Shown here one piece after another: positions 1-10,078 of a DNA stretch of 64,000 bases. The stretch comes from Candidatus Dojkabacteria bacterium (lineage in GTDB: Bacteria > Patescibacteriota > Dojkabacteria > B142 > OLB20): contig JBHHUN010000002.1 in assembly GCA_046753765.1 (NCBI GenBank), positions 1,570 to 65,569 on the forward strand, read 5' to 3'. Each line of letters starts with the position of its first letter. Position 1 is the first letter of the stretch. Made by a program: the position numbers and the translations under genes. The notes below the pieces were generated by a model, which was given only the letters and a program-made list of their open reading frames with translations, ran no database searches and was not told the DNA's origin.

Positions 1-281
1 GGAATAAAGGCAAGTAGCGAGAGACCCTGAAGGTTACGAACGTCGTCTTTTCTAACTTCCTGCAATGCTTCCAGTTGGATTTCGGAAAACTTATCGAGCT
101 TTGGTCTTAGGAATTCCAGACGGGGAGGAAGTTTGCGATCAGTAATTCGAGACTGTCTGTGGATGGAGTCAGCTACAAATAAATTCAGGACTATGATGAA
201 TAGTCCACATATCAAAAGAACAAACAGTGAATACCACAGCGTGAGTCTAAATTTGATTGTTTTTGCAAAAGTTATATTCAT
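1..281 (-). CDS. sensor histidine kinase, N-terminal fragment (partial, continues past left edge)
   Basis: Reverse-strand ATG at 281-279 opens a frame with no stop before the window edge: MNITFAKTIKFRLTLWYSLFVLLICGLFIIVLNLFVADSIHRQSRITDRKL... It has a basic N-terminus, one TM helix and then a linker, as in two-component sensor kinases. It is on the same strand as, and downstream of, an OmpR-type regulator. It is not in the ORF track because it runs off the edge. Confidence 0.4.
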   Translation of the reverse strand, partial: MNITFAKTIKFRLTLWYSLFVLLICGLFIIVLNLFVADSIHRQSRITDRKLPPRLEFLRPKLDKFSEIQLEALQEVRKDDVRNLQGLSLLAFI

Positions 282-369
282 GCGTTCTAATTCAAGCCTT
301 CCGGGACCAGCGTAGTGCCGGTCCCGAAATTATATCAGTGTCGAGCTAGTATGCAATACTGGCTTGGTA

Positions 370-840
370 CTATTCGCTAATCTGATCTCTTATCTGTTGC
401 AGCTGGTCAATTCTGTCACCTAACCGATCTTGCTGCTCCTGCATTCTGTCTATCATGGTATCCAGCTTCTCTGCGTCAAGTTCACCAGAGTCAATCTTTT
501 CCTGTAGATGCTCAGCAAACTGCTCTTGTGCAAACTCACGTAGATCGTCTTTGGTTTTGCCCTGTTCTTCTAGAAGATCTTCGATCGTTTTACCATCTTT
601 TCTTGCCTGCATTAGCTCCTCTTCGGTCATTCCGAAAAATTCACTTAAATGCTCTTTTGCTGCACCGGGGTGTTTTCGACCGAATTTTCTCATACCTGGC
701 CTAAAGTTACCTTCTTCTTGGACCCTATTCCCGAACTCTTTACCAACATCCGATGTTTGAGCACTTACTGTTCCGAGGATCAGAAGCAAAGGTGCTGAGA
801 CTACAAGTAAAATAAGGGAGTACTTTGATAATTTTTTCAT
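370..840 (-). CDS. secreted coiled-coil protein with LTxxQ-like repeats (Spy/CpxP-like periplasmic protein, tentative)
   Basis: ORF 370..891; the likely true start is the internal MKKLSKYSLILLVVSAPLLLILGTVSA signal peptide (ATG at 840). The mature part is charged and helical with repeated ...EEL/DDL...Q motifs. It lies between the response regulator and kinase genes. Confidence 0.5.
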   Translation of the reverse strand: MKKLSKYSLILLVVSAPLLLILGTVSAQTSDVGKEFGNRVQEEGNFRPGMRKFGRKHPGAAKEHLSEFFGMTEEELMQARKDGKTIEDLLEEQGKTKDDLREFAQEQFAEHLQEKIDSGELDAEKLDTMIDRMQEQQDRLGDRIDQLQQIRDQISE

Positions 841-1004
841 GATGAAATATTTTTTAACTAAATTTACAATAATTGATTTAAATATGTGCACATTGCACTG
901 AGTAGGTTTTCTAGATCATATAGGCAAATTAATAAATTAACTGCCTGCATATTAATCAATCGAAGGTGAAGTCAATGTGAAGAGGGAGAAATTTCGAGCG
1001 TTTG

Positions 1005-1670
1005 CTACAATACTAGTTGATAACCCTTGCCTCTAACGGTTTTTAAAATGTTTCTTTGTGGGTCAATTTTCTTCCTGATCGTCTTGATATGTGTCTTGAC
1101 TGTATCTGAGAACATATCTGCCTCTCTGTCCCAGGCGTGCTCAAGCAACTCCTCTGCCGAGACAATTTTTCCTTTACTACGGAGCAGGTATTCAAGAATT
1201 CCTGTCTCTTTGTTGGTCAAAGCAATACTCTCGCCCTTAGTACCAACAATCAGGTTTTCTGCAGGTTTAAGGGTCATACCCGAGAAGTTAAGGCTTTGAT
1301 CTTTGTTTGTGCTGTTTCTCTTAATGACAGCTTTAATCCTCGCAAGCAACTCATCGAACACGAATGGCTTTGTGATGTAATCGTCAGCACCTTTATCAAA
1401 TCCTTCTAATTTATCGTAGATTTGGCTTCGGGCGGTAAGCATTATTATTGGAGTGTTGTTATTCTCATCTCTGAGCTTGTTTGCCAGGTCAATGCCGTCT
1501 ATTTCGGGAAGATTGAGATCAAGAAGGATTAGATCGTAGCTGTTGATTTGGGCTGCCTTAAGGCCATCGGTGCCGGTTGCCTCAAAATCGACAGCGTATC
1601 CAACTCGCTCAAGTGACTTTTTGAGGGGGAGTGCAATATCTTCTTCATCTTCAATAATTAGTATTCTCAT
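1005..1670 (-). CDS. OmpR/PhoB-family two-component response regulator
   Basis: Receiver domain (DLILLDLNLPEIDG, phospho-acceptor Asp context; KPF motif) followed by a winged-helix output domain (...RGKGYQLV). Confidence 0.85.
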   Translation of the reverse strand: MRILIIEDEEDIALPLKKSLERVGYAVDFEATGTDGLKAAQINSYDLILLDLNLPEIDGIDLANKLRDENNNTPIIMLTARSQIYDKLEGFDKGADDYITKPFVFDELLARIKAVIKRNSTNKDQSLNFSGMTLKPAENLIVGTKGESIALTNKETGILEYLLRSKGKIVSAEELLEHAWDREADMFSDTVKTHIKTIRKKIDPQRNILKTVRGKGYQLVL

Positions 1671-1969
1671 AGTTTGCGTTAGCTTTGAATCATATTAAAC
1701 ACAGGTAAGTTAATACGTGACTACATCATACAATATTCAACCAGCTTGTAGATGCTCCCAAAGCTGAATGGTAGACATGCTGTTAAACTCTGCAATTGCT
1801 TGAATTGTGGGTCCAAAGTGTCTAATTAGACAACCAGCTGAGCATGATCTGTTCTTGAGATCTCAAAAAAAGTAGATGATCTACAGCTCCCAGTCCGACT
1901 GTTTCGCCGGCAATGGGGCTTAACGCAGATGATTGAGTTCCAAAGTCACCGGAAGAAACTCCTGCGTTC

Positions 1970-2899
1970 TTGGCTCTTTACGAGCTGACCTTTGGAATAA
2001 GCCTTCGGGATCGAATACTACAGGATGGAGGTGATACTGATATTCGAATCGGTGGAACCTCATATACTACCGCATGTAACTTAAGAACACACAACGGTTC
2101 GGTTCGACAGATCGACGCAATCGTACCGATAGGCGTGACTTCAGAAAGCGATGATGAAAGCTTTGATGCAGCGGTTAATAGAATATTTGATAAACTTACC
2201 CAAGCAACTGAAGGCGTAGTGTTGCGAGCAACGACTTATTCAGACACTCATACCCCTGTGAGTCTTAACCTTGTTAGTGGTGGTCATAGAAGCATGGTGA
2301 TGATAGAAGGTTGCAAAAATAGAGGCATAGTAATGCCTGAGATCCCTCCAAACAATGGACAAGCGCTTATTGTTGTAGATACGTATGAACTTGCGACCCC
2401 GGACTCTACCTATGCAGGTGCAGTTAAAATGCTAGCTGCCAGAGACCCAGATACATTTGTTACGATTGGTCTAGGATCTACTTTCGTCATTCCCTCAGCT
2501 CGCGAGAATCTCCAGGAAATCGCTGATGTTTCTCGCAACCTGTGTATGTCGGGCAATGCAGGAGAGGTAGAGTGTTTGTTAGAGACCTTCGGATTTGATG
2601 AAGTCGAGCAACTAATGCAGGCATTGGGTGTCAGGATTCTACTTAGGACTTATGGGAAAGAGGGCGCACAGATTCTCTATAACTTTGGTGAGGTCATAGT
2701 TGCTTCTACCTACGCGCTGCCCGAGGATGAGAAATATGACGGGAACACAACGAACGCCGGAGATATGTTCCTGGCCGCATGTCTTCATGCACTCTCAACC
2801 ATGGAGTATGAGTCAACTGAGCCAGAGAGCCAATTGACTGAAGTGTTGGCTTTCGCATCGAGGACGACTCAAAAACTCCTCGTTGAAAGGGGAACTTAA
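1970..2899 (+). CDS. PfkB-family carbohydrate/nucleoside kinase-like protein
   Basis: GG dipeptide motif near the N-terminus (IRIGGTSY) and a C-terminal NTTNAGDMF motif resembling the ribokinase DTxGAGD anion-hole motif. Confidence 0.5.
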   Translation: MALYELTFGISLRDRILQDGGDTDIRIGGTSYTTACNLRTHNGSVRQIDAIVPIGVTSESDDESFDAAVNRIFDKLTQATEGVVLRATTYSDTHTPVSLNLVSGGHRSMVMIEGCKNRGIVMPEIPPNNGQALIVVDTYELATPDSTYAGAVKMLAARDPDTFVTIGLGSTFVIPSARENLQEIADVSRNLCMSGNAGEVECLLETFGFDEVEQLMQALGVRILLRTYGKEGAQILYNFGEVIVASTYALPEDEKYDGNTTNAGDMFLAACLHALSTMEYESTEPESQLTEVLAFASRTTQKLLVERGT

Positions 2900-2961
2900 A
2901 CTGCTCAACCTCAACTGGCTAAATTCAAAAATGCTATAGTTAAGAAATTGTTAAGAACATA

Positions 2962-3642
2962 ATGGCACAATCAGACAATAAAGAGCATACTCATAGTCAA
3001 ATGAATATTATAAAAAGAAATCTCACGAAAATACTATTGGTTGTACTTGTCATAAATCTGGCGACCGTACTTCTGGTGACTCAGATCCCAGGTCAACAAA
3101 CTGGCGCTCAGGAAGTACCTGTACCGGATTTATACTGGCTGTACGGAGATTCCAATACTTCAGACAGACATAAGGTCGGGACCTATACATACAGTGAGAG
3201 ACTGAACGTAAACTCTAGAAATATGGGGATTGACGGTGAGACCAGCTCCACACTGAAAACGAGGGTTTCGAAGGAGTTTAAAGGTATTGTAGAGCCAGGA
3301 TTCAACAACATCTGTATGATCTTGATAGGAGTCAATGATTTTCGACATAACACTATCTCTAAGGCTGAAGTACTTGAGAATATAGATGCCACTGTGATGG
3401 AATTTGAGAGTAACAATTGTATAACCTATGTGTTGACTTATCCTGCTATATCTACAGATGAAATGGGACTCCGGATAGGAAAACTAAACGTTGGTATTCT
3501 GAGCCATGAGTCCTGGAATACAATAGATATCGCTTCTGAGTTTGAAGGCGGCCATCCGGAGTACTTCCAAACGCCCTTTCACTTGAATGCTTTTGGACAA
3601 AAGGTTGTCGCAGATAAGATCTCGCTTGAGCTAGGGCTCTGA
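2962..3642 (+). CDS. SGNH/GDSL-family hydrolase (lipase/esterase), membrane-anchored
   Basis: N-terminal TM segment, GDS(N) block I (WLYGDSNT) and GxND block III (ILIGVNDF). Confidence 0.65.
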   Translation: MAQSDNKEHTHSQMNIIKRNLTKILLVVLVINLATVLLVTQIPGQQTGAQEVPVPDLYWLYGDSNTSDRHKVGTYTYSERLNVNSRNMGIDGETSSTLKTRVSKEFKGIVEPGFNNICMILIGVNDFRHNTISKAEVLENIDATVMEFESNNCITYVLTYPAISTDEMGLRIGKLNVGILSHESWNTIDIASEFEGGHPEYFQTPFHLNAFGQKVVADKISLELGL

Positions 3643-3648
3643 ATCTAC

Positions 3649-4110
3649 TTATAGATTCAAAACTTGCGTTTGCTTCTCAGGCCAGAGTTCTGTATTGAAG
3701 AATTTTATTCTTTTCGGTGTAATCTTGTACACCTTGGATCTTCCGGCTTCAAGAAACTGCTTAGGGTTAGAGAGTCGTTCTCCCTTTTCGCCTGCTACCA
3801 ATTTGTTCCACATCTCAAACATCCACTTCAATTTAGAGATCGAGTTGATAGACTTCGAAGTGCCGTTCAGTTGTATCCCTTTTTGAGATTTGTGGATTGG
3901 TTGGCTTGAGTCAGCAATAGCTGCCGAGACCAGATCGTTGACTTCAAGCGCTTCACAGTGCTCTCGTGTTGGCTTGCTGAGAAAGTACAGATTAAGGTCT
4001 TTGTCGTGTACGTAGTATAGATTTGCGATCCAGGGGTAATCCCCGTACGTTGCAAAGGCCATGAGGCGCTGTGTACCAAGATAATCGTCAATGAGTTTCT
4101 TGAGATCCAT
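3649..4110 (-). CDS. pyridoxamine 5-prime-phosphate oxidase-like FMN-binding protein
   Basis: MAFATYGDYPWIANLYYVHDKDLNLYFLS matches the PNPOx-like split-barrel family pattern. Confidence 0.55.
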   Translation of the reverse strand: MDLKKLIDDYLGTQRLMAFATYGDYPWIANLYYVHDKDLNLYFLSKPTREHCEALEVNDLVSAAIADSSQPIHKSQKGIQLNGTSKSINSISKLKWMFEMWNKLVAGEKGERLSNPKQFLEAGRSKVYKITPKRIKFFNTELWPEKQTQVLNL

Positions 4111-4358
4111 AAGAATACAGTAAAAGATTATGAGTAATTATAGGTGATTGTTATGAAAATCCCCAGTTCCACCTCACATGATGCAGGGAAAATGGAAGTT
4201 ACTGGACCAAGGGGAGATGAGGGATGTTGAGTAGATACATTACTTAGTGATTTAGGCGTATAGGTCAACCTTGTAACCATGTGGATCCTCAACTACAGCG
4301 CATCTTTACCCCCCAAAAACATCCCAGGGAGCCCTTGCAACTTTGAAACCCGCAGATT

Positions 4359-4624
4359 CTATTTTTCTACTATACTGTTTACTTCGTCTGGACTGTCATA
4401 TTGAAGTGCAAATGGAGAGTGGTTACCAGGTCTTGGCTTGATTTCTATAATCTCTCTTACAACAGCCTTCGTATCAATCATTAGTTTTGCAGAACAATTA
4501 GAGGTATTGGGGGCGACACGGTCTTTTAAGTCACCATTCGCGTAAATTTAAATCCCAGGAGTGTGTAGAACTCTATCGTCTTTTTCATGTTACTGGTTGT
4601 AACTACTACTGCGTCTAATTTCAT
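4359..4624 (-). pseudogene. VOC (glyoxalase/bleomycin-resistance) family gene disrupted by a frameshift
   Basis: Reverse-strand ATG at 4624 gives MKLDAVVVTTSNMKKTIEFYTLLGFKFTRMVT*, a typical VOC N-terminus. The remainder continues in another frame (...LMIDTKAVVREIIEIKPRPGNHSPFALQYDSPDEVNSIVEK*) to a stop at 4359. Neither piece reaches 60 aa. Confidence 0.45.
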
Positions 4625-4633
4625 TGTTGATTC

Positions 4634-4710
4634 TGGAGCGGCAGACGAGATTCGAACTCGCGACCTTTTCCTTGGCAAGGAAACGTTCTAGCCAACTGAA
4701 CTACTGCCGC
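4634..4710 (-). tRNA. tRNA-Gly (GCC)
   Basis: Reverse complement GCGGCAGTAGTTCAGTTGGCTAGAACGTTTCCTTGCCAAGGAAAAGGTCGCGAGTTCGAATCTCGTCTGCCGCTCCA folds as a cloverleaf. The anticodon loop TTGCCAA gives anticodon GCC; CCA is encoded. Confidence 0.85.
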
Positions 4711-4833
4711 TTAATACTAAAGAAGTATACTGATTCTACAGTAGCAGATAAAGATTTTCAAACAACCCACTCGTGTGCAGTTCTATTTTGAAAGAGGAAC
4801 ATACTCAAAATCTATCATTATATTTGCATCATA

Positions 4834-5643
4834 TTAACCCGCTGGGAGATCCTTTCTGCGGAAGATGAAAATACCAAGAGAAGAAGTCACGATGATTATG
4901 ATAAAGAAAACTGCAACAGCAGTTTCGTCGTAAACACCTTCCTTCAACATTCTTACCGGATCGCCGTAGTAGTTAAATATCGAGAGGTATTTTAAATCGT
5001 TAATACTTTCTACTAGTTTTGCGAGTATATTGAGGAAATAGCTCCCTATTAAGAACCCAGCTGTAAACCAGGTCGCCTTGGAACGTATCAGTAGTACCGA
5101 ACTGAATAGTCCTGCGACAAAGGCAAGCGATGTTATAAATAACCAGAGGAACAAACTGAATCTTAACCAGGACTCATAGTCTATTGTCGTTTCAATAAAC
5201 TGAGCTGGTATCAAGATTCCGACAACTACAAATACTGTTGCCAGAAGTGATTTTATGATCAGGTTTAGGAATTGTGCTGAGACCAATTCGACTCTCTTAA
5301 CGGGATATGAAAGGTCAAGTGCCGTTATGCCCTTCTCTGCCCTTCCTGCTAGATCTGTTCCCCAGCTGATAACGAATGGTAGAAGCACAAATACCCAGGT
5401 AAATCCAAGATATTCAGTGGAGATAAAAACTGTAAAATCACTAAAATCTGTCGAGTTTATGTTGAATGCCTCCATTAAGGCTGGAGGGAAACTTTCAAGG
5501 TATCCTGAGAAGTCAACGGTCTTTATTGAGGGAAACGCAAAAACCAACATAGTTGCAAGAAGAAAAAGTGCAATGAATGCCCAGAGAAGTGACGTTCTTG
5601 AATCACTAAGTAATCTTCGAGTTATTAAAAGTGTTTTCTTCAC
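4834..5643 (-). CDS. ABC-2 type transporter permease
   Basis: Polytopic membrane protein of about 6 TM segments, immediately downstream of and co-oriented with an ABC ATPase. Confidence 0.6.
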   Translation of the reverse strand: MKKTLLITRRLLSDSRTSLLWAFIALFLLATMLVFAFPSIKTVDFSGYLESFPPALMEAFNINSTDFSDFTVFISTEYLGFTWVFVLLPFVISWGTDLAGRAEKGITALDLSYPVKRVELVSAQFLNLIIKSLLATVFVVVGILIPAQFIETTIDYESWLRFSLFLWLFITSLAFVAGLFSSVLLIRSKATWFTAGFLIGSYFLNILAKLVESINDLKYLSIFNYYGDPVRMLKEGVYDETAVAVFFIIIIVTSSLGIFIFRRKDLPAG

Positions 5644-5647
5644 AACG

Positions 5648-6550
5648 TTAATAGTAAGTTAAGAACAGTTTCTCCAGATCTGGTTCTTTTATGCGCAGAT
5701 CTATAAGTTTGTACTTTTTAAGCTCTGCAACTAGTTTATTGATGTCCCCCTTGTATGTAAATGTAGTCGAATGATCAGTCCTGTCGATGTCTGAGATGCC
5801 TTCTAGCTTTATTTTTTTCATATCGCTTGAGTTAGCCAATATCAGATCAATTTCATAAACATTTTTCTTTCGAAGCTCGCTGATCTTCTCGACAGAGATT
5901 AATTTCCCTTCCTTAATAATCCCAACCCTGTCACAGATTCTTTGTACTTCGGAAAGCACGTGCGAAGAGAAAAATATCGTGACACCTTTCTTTTTGAACT
6001 CGAGTACTACTTTATTAAATTCTAGTTGCAGCAAAGGATCTAGACCGATAGTGGGTTCGTCCATGATTAGTAGTCGTGGAGTGTGCATAAGTGCTTGGAT
6101 TATTGCGACCTTTTGCTTGTTACCCTTGGAGAGATTTTTTATCTTTCGAGTTGCATCAAGCTTAAATCTTTCAACCAGCCCGTCTCTGCTTTTCGACTTC
6201 TCCCCCTGGAGATAATCCATGTAGTCGAAATAAGTGCTAACCTTATAGTTTTCGATTAAAGCAGTGTCTCCCGGAACGTAACCTGTGTCAACGGTTATTT
6301 TTGTACGCTCTTTTGTGGGATCTTTGCCAAATATTCTTACCTCTCCGCTATCTGGATTTATGAAGTTTAGCAACATACGGATGGTTGTGGTTTTACCAGC
6401 TCCGTTTGGCCCCAAAAAACCATATATTTCTCCTCTTTCAATCTCCAGATCCAGCTCTGAAACTGCTTTGATTGCCCCTTTATTATATGTCTTGGTTAGC
6501 TTCGAAGTTGTGATGATTGACTTACCGGCCATGCCCCAAGATATTACCAA
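5648..6550 (-). CDS. ABC transporter ATP-binding protein
   Basis: Walker A GPNGAGKTT, ABC signature LSKGNKQKV and Walker B LLIMDEPTIGLD. Confidence 0.9.
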   Translation of the reverse strand: MVISWGMAGKSIITTSKLTKTYNKGAIKAVSELDLEIERGEIYGFLGPNGAGKTTTIRMLLNFINPDSGEVRIFGKDPTKERTKITVDTGYVPGDTALIENYKVSTYFDYMDYLQGEKSKSRDGLVERFKLDATRKIKNLSKGNKQKVAIIQALMHTPRLLIMDEPTIGLDPLLQLEFNKVVLEFKKKGVTIFFSSHVLSEVQRICDRVGIIKEGKLISVEKISELRKKNVYEIDLILANSSDMKKIKLEGISDIDRTDHSTTFTYKGDINKLVAELKKYKLIDLRIKEPDLEKLFLTYY

Positions 6551-6645
6551 GTTTATACAGAGATTATACGTACATTTGCTCTCTTTCGCTATACAAAAAC
6601 ACCTAATTACGCTAAGATGAATAGCTATTATTTATTGATGGCGCC

Positions 6646-7884
6646 ATGGCGCAGGATAAGGCGATATTAAGAAAACTGAAGAATCGTGAAATAAAGATTA
6701 GGGATCTTGAAAAGCACGTCAGTGATAAAGAAGCAGCTGACCTTCGCTTGCGATACTTTAGTGAAGTAACCGGATTAGATCTCAAAACTTTCTCAGGCTA
6801 TAAGTTTGAACCCAAGAAACTAAAGAACAAAAATATAGAGAACCTGACGGGATCGATTGAGATTCCCTTGGGGGTCTCTGGGCCTTTGTTAGTGAATGGC
6901 CAGTACGCCCAAGGAAAATTCTATATTCCCATGGCCACTACTGAGGGTACCCTTATTGCCAGTGTAGCAAGGGGATCAAAGATAATTAATATGTCGGGTG
7001 GAGCTACAGTATCTTTAACATATCCTGGAATGACACGAGCTCCACTTCTCCGGGTGAGCGGAATCAGGGCAGCGGAGCAAGTTGAGACTTGGGTAAAACA
7101 CAACTTTGATGCCCTAAAGGTTGAAGCTGCACAGACCAGTGCTTTTCTTGAATTGACAGACATAAGGAGCTACAAACTCGGTCGAAACCTGTGGCTCAGG
7201 ATGTCGTTTGATACATCTGAAGCCATGGGGATGAATATGGCAACAAAAGCAGCAAAAGTAGTCTCAGACCTTATCGTACAACAGAACAAAGGTGCCAGGC
7301 TACTTTCAATTTCGGGGAATCTGTGCAACGACAAGAAGCCAAGCATAATTAACATGCTCCTTGGCAGGGGCAGATCGGTACACGCTGAGGTAACAATGAA
7401 ACGGGAAGATGTGATAAAGGTACTCAAAACCACGCCTGAAGAGATGGTTGAAGTAAATCAGGCAAAGGTATGGCAGGGCGGAGTTATTTCGGGCTCTGCT
7501 TCATTCAATGCACACTTTGCAAATATCATTGCAGCTGTGTTTGCTGCAACCGGCCAGGATCTTGCTCACATAGTAAATTCAAGTCAAGGATACATGGTAA
7601 TGGAGCTGGAAGGTGATGACCTTTATGCTGCCCTCTCGCTACCCTCCCTCTTGGTTGGAAACATTGGTGGTGGTACTGGACTTCCTGATCAGGCTACAGC
7701 TCAGAAACTCATGCTTACCAACATAGACGATCCCAGGAAAGAATCTATTAACAATACGCATAAATTGGCAGAAATACTTGCTGTAGCAGTACTCGCGGGA
7801 GATATTAACTTGCACGCTGCTCTTGGCTCTCGAAATCTAGTCAAAGCCCATCAAAAATTAGGTAGAGGGAGGAAGCAAATATGA
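6646..7884 (+). CDS. hydroxymethylglutaryl-CoA reductase, class I (NADPH)
   Basis: EAMGMNM (DAMGMN-type motif), GNIGGGTG and the conserved catalytic-domain layout. Its stop overlaps the next gene start (ATGA). Confidence 0.85.
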   Translation: MAQDKAILRKLKNREIKIRDLEKHVSDKEAADLRLRYFSEVTGLDLKTFSGYKFEPKKLKNKNIENLTGSIEIPLGVSGPLLVNGQYAQGKFYIPMATTEGTLIASVARGSKIINMSGGATVSLTYPGMTRAPLLRVSGIRAAEQVETWVKHNFDALKVEAAQTSAFLELTDIRSYKLGRNLWLRMSFDTSEAMGMNMATKAAKVVSDLIVQQNKGARLLSISGNLCNDKKPSIINMLLGRGRSVHAEVTMKREDVIKVLKTTPEEMVEVNQAKVWQGGVISGSASFNAHFANIIAAVFAATGQDLAHIVNSSQGYMVMELEGDDLYAALSLPSLLVGNIGGGTGLPDQATAQKLMLTNIDDPRKESINNTHKLAEILAVAVLAGDINLHAALGSRNLVKAHQKLGRGRKQI

Positions 7885-8936
7885 AGATCTCACATAATGT
7901 CGGAGTTACAGGTTACGGCGTGGCTATTCCAAGGGGCAGAATTAAAGTCTCCGACATCGCAGAAGTATGGAAGAAAGATGCTAAAAAGGTTGTGGGCTCA
8001 CTGGGAGTAATTGAGAAAAGCGTGCCGGCAATCGACCAGGATGCAGCGACCCTAGCAGTTGAAGCAGCAAAAGCAGCTGTTCGGTCTTCCTCTCCACAAT
8101 CTATTCACATAGGTGCCGTTTACACCGGATCAGAAAGCCATCCATATGCTGTTAAATCAACTTCTGCAATTGTAGGAGAAGCGCTTGGACTACCTAACAA
8201 CTACACCGCAGCAGATTTAGAGTTTGCGTGCAAGGCAGGCACTGCGGCCGTTCAGATCGTTACAGGAATGGTCTCTTCGGGCATGATTAAGTATGGATTG
8301 GCTATAGGTTCAGATACTGCTCAAAGTAGGCCCGGAGACGCTCTGGAGTATTCAGCCTCGGCCGGGAGCGCGGCGTTTTTAATAGGTGCTAACCCTAAAC
8401 AGATAATTGCGAAGATATTACACACATCTTCGTTCACCTCCGATACTCCCGATTTTTGGAGGCGTGAACACCAGACCTATCCAAGACATGGTGGGCGATT
8501 CACCGGTCGACCCGCATATTTTAAGCACGTTACCGGTTCAGTAAATAAGCTACTCAAAGAGACCAAAGCTAAAATCAAGGATTTTGATCATGTTGTGTTT
8601 CATATGCCAAACGGGCGTTTCCCTAAAACTGTAGCAAAGATGCTTAGAGTAACCGAGAAGCAACTTAAGCTGGGATTCACTGTCCCCTACCTTGGCAACA
8701 CATATTCTGCTTGCTCTTTGATTGGATTAGCTGCTGTTCTCGACAAGGCAAAACCAAAATCTAAGATCCTTCTTGCCTCTTACGGTTCAGGTTCTGGTAG
8801 CGATGCGTTCATTCTAGAGGTGACAGATAACATATCAGGATATAGGCCTGAAAATACCGTAGACAAGCTCATATCACACAAAAGCTACGTGCCATATACG
8901 ACTTACATTACAAATGTCAACAAACTACTACGCTAA
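7881..8936 (+). CDS. hydroxymethylglutaryl-CoA synthase, archaeal type
   Basis: Thiolase-fold initiation enzyme (about 350 aa) resembling archaeal HMGCS. It is operonic with a thiolase and a DUF35 protein. Confidence 0.75.
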   Translation: MKISHNVGVTGYGVAIPRGRIKVSDIAEVWKKDAKKVVGSLGVIEKSVPAIDQDAATLAVEAAKAAVRSSSPQSIHIGAVYTGSESHPYAVKSTSAIVGEALGLPNNYTAADLEFACKAGTAAVQIVTGMVSSGMIKYGLAIGSDTAQSRPGDALEYSASAGSAAFLIGANPKQIIAKILHTSSFTSDTPDFWRREHQTYPRHGGRFTGRPAYFKHVTGSVNKLLKETKAKIKDFDHVVFHMPNGRFPKTVAKMLRVTEKQLKLGFTVPYLGNTYSACSLIGLAAVLDKAKPKSKILLASYGSGSGSDAFILEVTDNISGYRPENTVDKLISHKSYVPYTTYITNVNKLLR

Positions 8937-10078
8937 TGAATAAGGTTCACATAATTGGAAGCAGTATGACGCAGTTTGGTGAGTTGTGGGATATGGATAT
9001 AGCCGATCTTGCCTACACAGCCGCCAGTGATGCACTTGCTGACTCTGGGATTGATGTTGCTGAAGTCGATGCGATTATAGTGGCAAATATGGAGGGAGGT
9101 AGTTTTTCAGGCCAGGACCACATTGGAGCACTACTTTCGGGTGATCTAGGACTAAACGTCCCCGCACTGAGAGTCGAGGCAGCGTGTGCCTCTGGATCTA
9201 TCGCAATTAATCAGGCTTTTCTGGGAATTCTTTCTGGTGAGTACACAACAGTACTTGTTGTTGGTGTAGAGAAGATGACAGATGTGAGCGGTGCAGGCAT
9301 CACAAAAGTGCTAGCGAGGGCGTCTGATGAAGACAAAGAGGCATTCTGGGGAGTAACTTTCCCTTCATTGTACGCGATGATGGCAAGAGAGTACATGCGC
9401 AGGTACAGGGTTACACGATCAGATCTGGCAGGAGTCTCTGTTAAAAATCATGTTAATGGACAGCTCAATGAGAAGGCACAGTTTCAAAAGGAGATCTCAG
9501 TTGAAGATGTTTTAAATGCACCTGATGTTGCTGAACCACTGGGGCTTCTGGATTGCTCTCCCGTCAGCGATGGTGCCGCTGCCATCTTACTCTCCTCTCG
9601 AAAAAGCCAGGTGGAGCTTGTGGCCTCGAAAGTAGCAACCGATAAGGTCGCTCTACACGATCGGGAATCTTTCACATCTATTAAAGCGTCTAAAATCGCT
9701 GCGGAATCTGCGTACAACGCTGCCGGAATTTCTTCAGACGACATTGATGTAGCTGAAGTGCACGACTGTTTCAGTATTGCAGAAATAATTGCATACGAAG
9801 ACCTTGGTTTTGCAAATCAAGGAGAAGGGGTAAAACAACTGGCAATGGGAAAATTCAATAGAGATGGAAAGTTGCCGATCAATACATCAGGAGGACTGAA
9901 AGCGTGTGGACATCCTGTTGGTGCCACCGGCGTAAAGCAGGCTCACGAAATTTATCAACAACTTGCGGGAAAAGCTGGAAGACGACAGTTGAAAACAAAA
10001 CTAAACCACGGCTTGACGCACAATGTAGGTGGCAGTGGCGGCACCAGCGTAGTAAATATTTTTAAGACAAACACCTAA
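8936..10078 (+). CDS. acetyl-CoA acetyltransferase (archaeal-type thiolase)
   Basis: Thiolase fold with an active-site Cys in VEAACASGSIAI and C-terminal catalytic residues (GHPVGATG). Confidence 0.8.
   Translation: MNKVHIIGSSMTQFGELWDMDIADLAYTAASDALADSGIDVAEVDAIIVANMEGGSFSGQDHIGALLSGDLGLNVPALRVEAACASGSIAINQAFLGILSGEYTTVLVVGVEKMTDVSGAGITKVLARASDEDKEAFWGVTFPSLYAMMAREYMRRYRVTRSDLAGVSVKNHVNGQLNEKAQFQKEISVEDVLNAPDVAEPLGLLDCSPVSDGAAAILLSSRKSQVELVASKVATDKVALHDRESFTSIKASKIAAESAYNAAGISSDDIDVAEVHDCFSIAEIIAYEDLGFANQGEGVKQLAMGKFNRDGKLPINTSGGLKACGHPVGATGVKQAHEIYQQLAGKAGRRQLKTKLNHGLTHNVGGSGGTSVVNIFKTNT

Noticed and set aside
133-315. 60-aa plus-strand ORF
   Set aside because: Overlaps the reverse-strand kinase N-terminus and its upstream region. 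It has no motif and odd composition, so it is likely spurious.
301-326. GC-rich hairpin CGGGACC-N11-GGTCCCG between the kinase and secreted-protein genes
   Set aside because: No U-tract on either strand, so not a convincing intrinsic terminator. It could be an RNA stability or processing element, but the evidence is insufficient.
4111-4358. About 250-bp non-coding stretch searched for an ncRNA (SRP RNA, RNase P, tmRNA signatures)
   Set aside because: No conserved ncRNA motifs were recognisable by eye. It is probably the promoter/leader region plus the pseudogene remnant.
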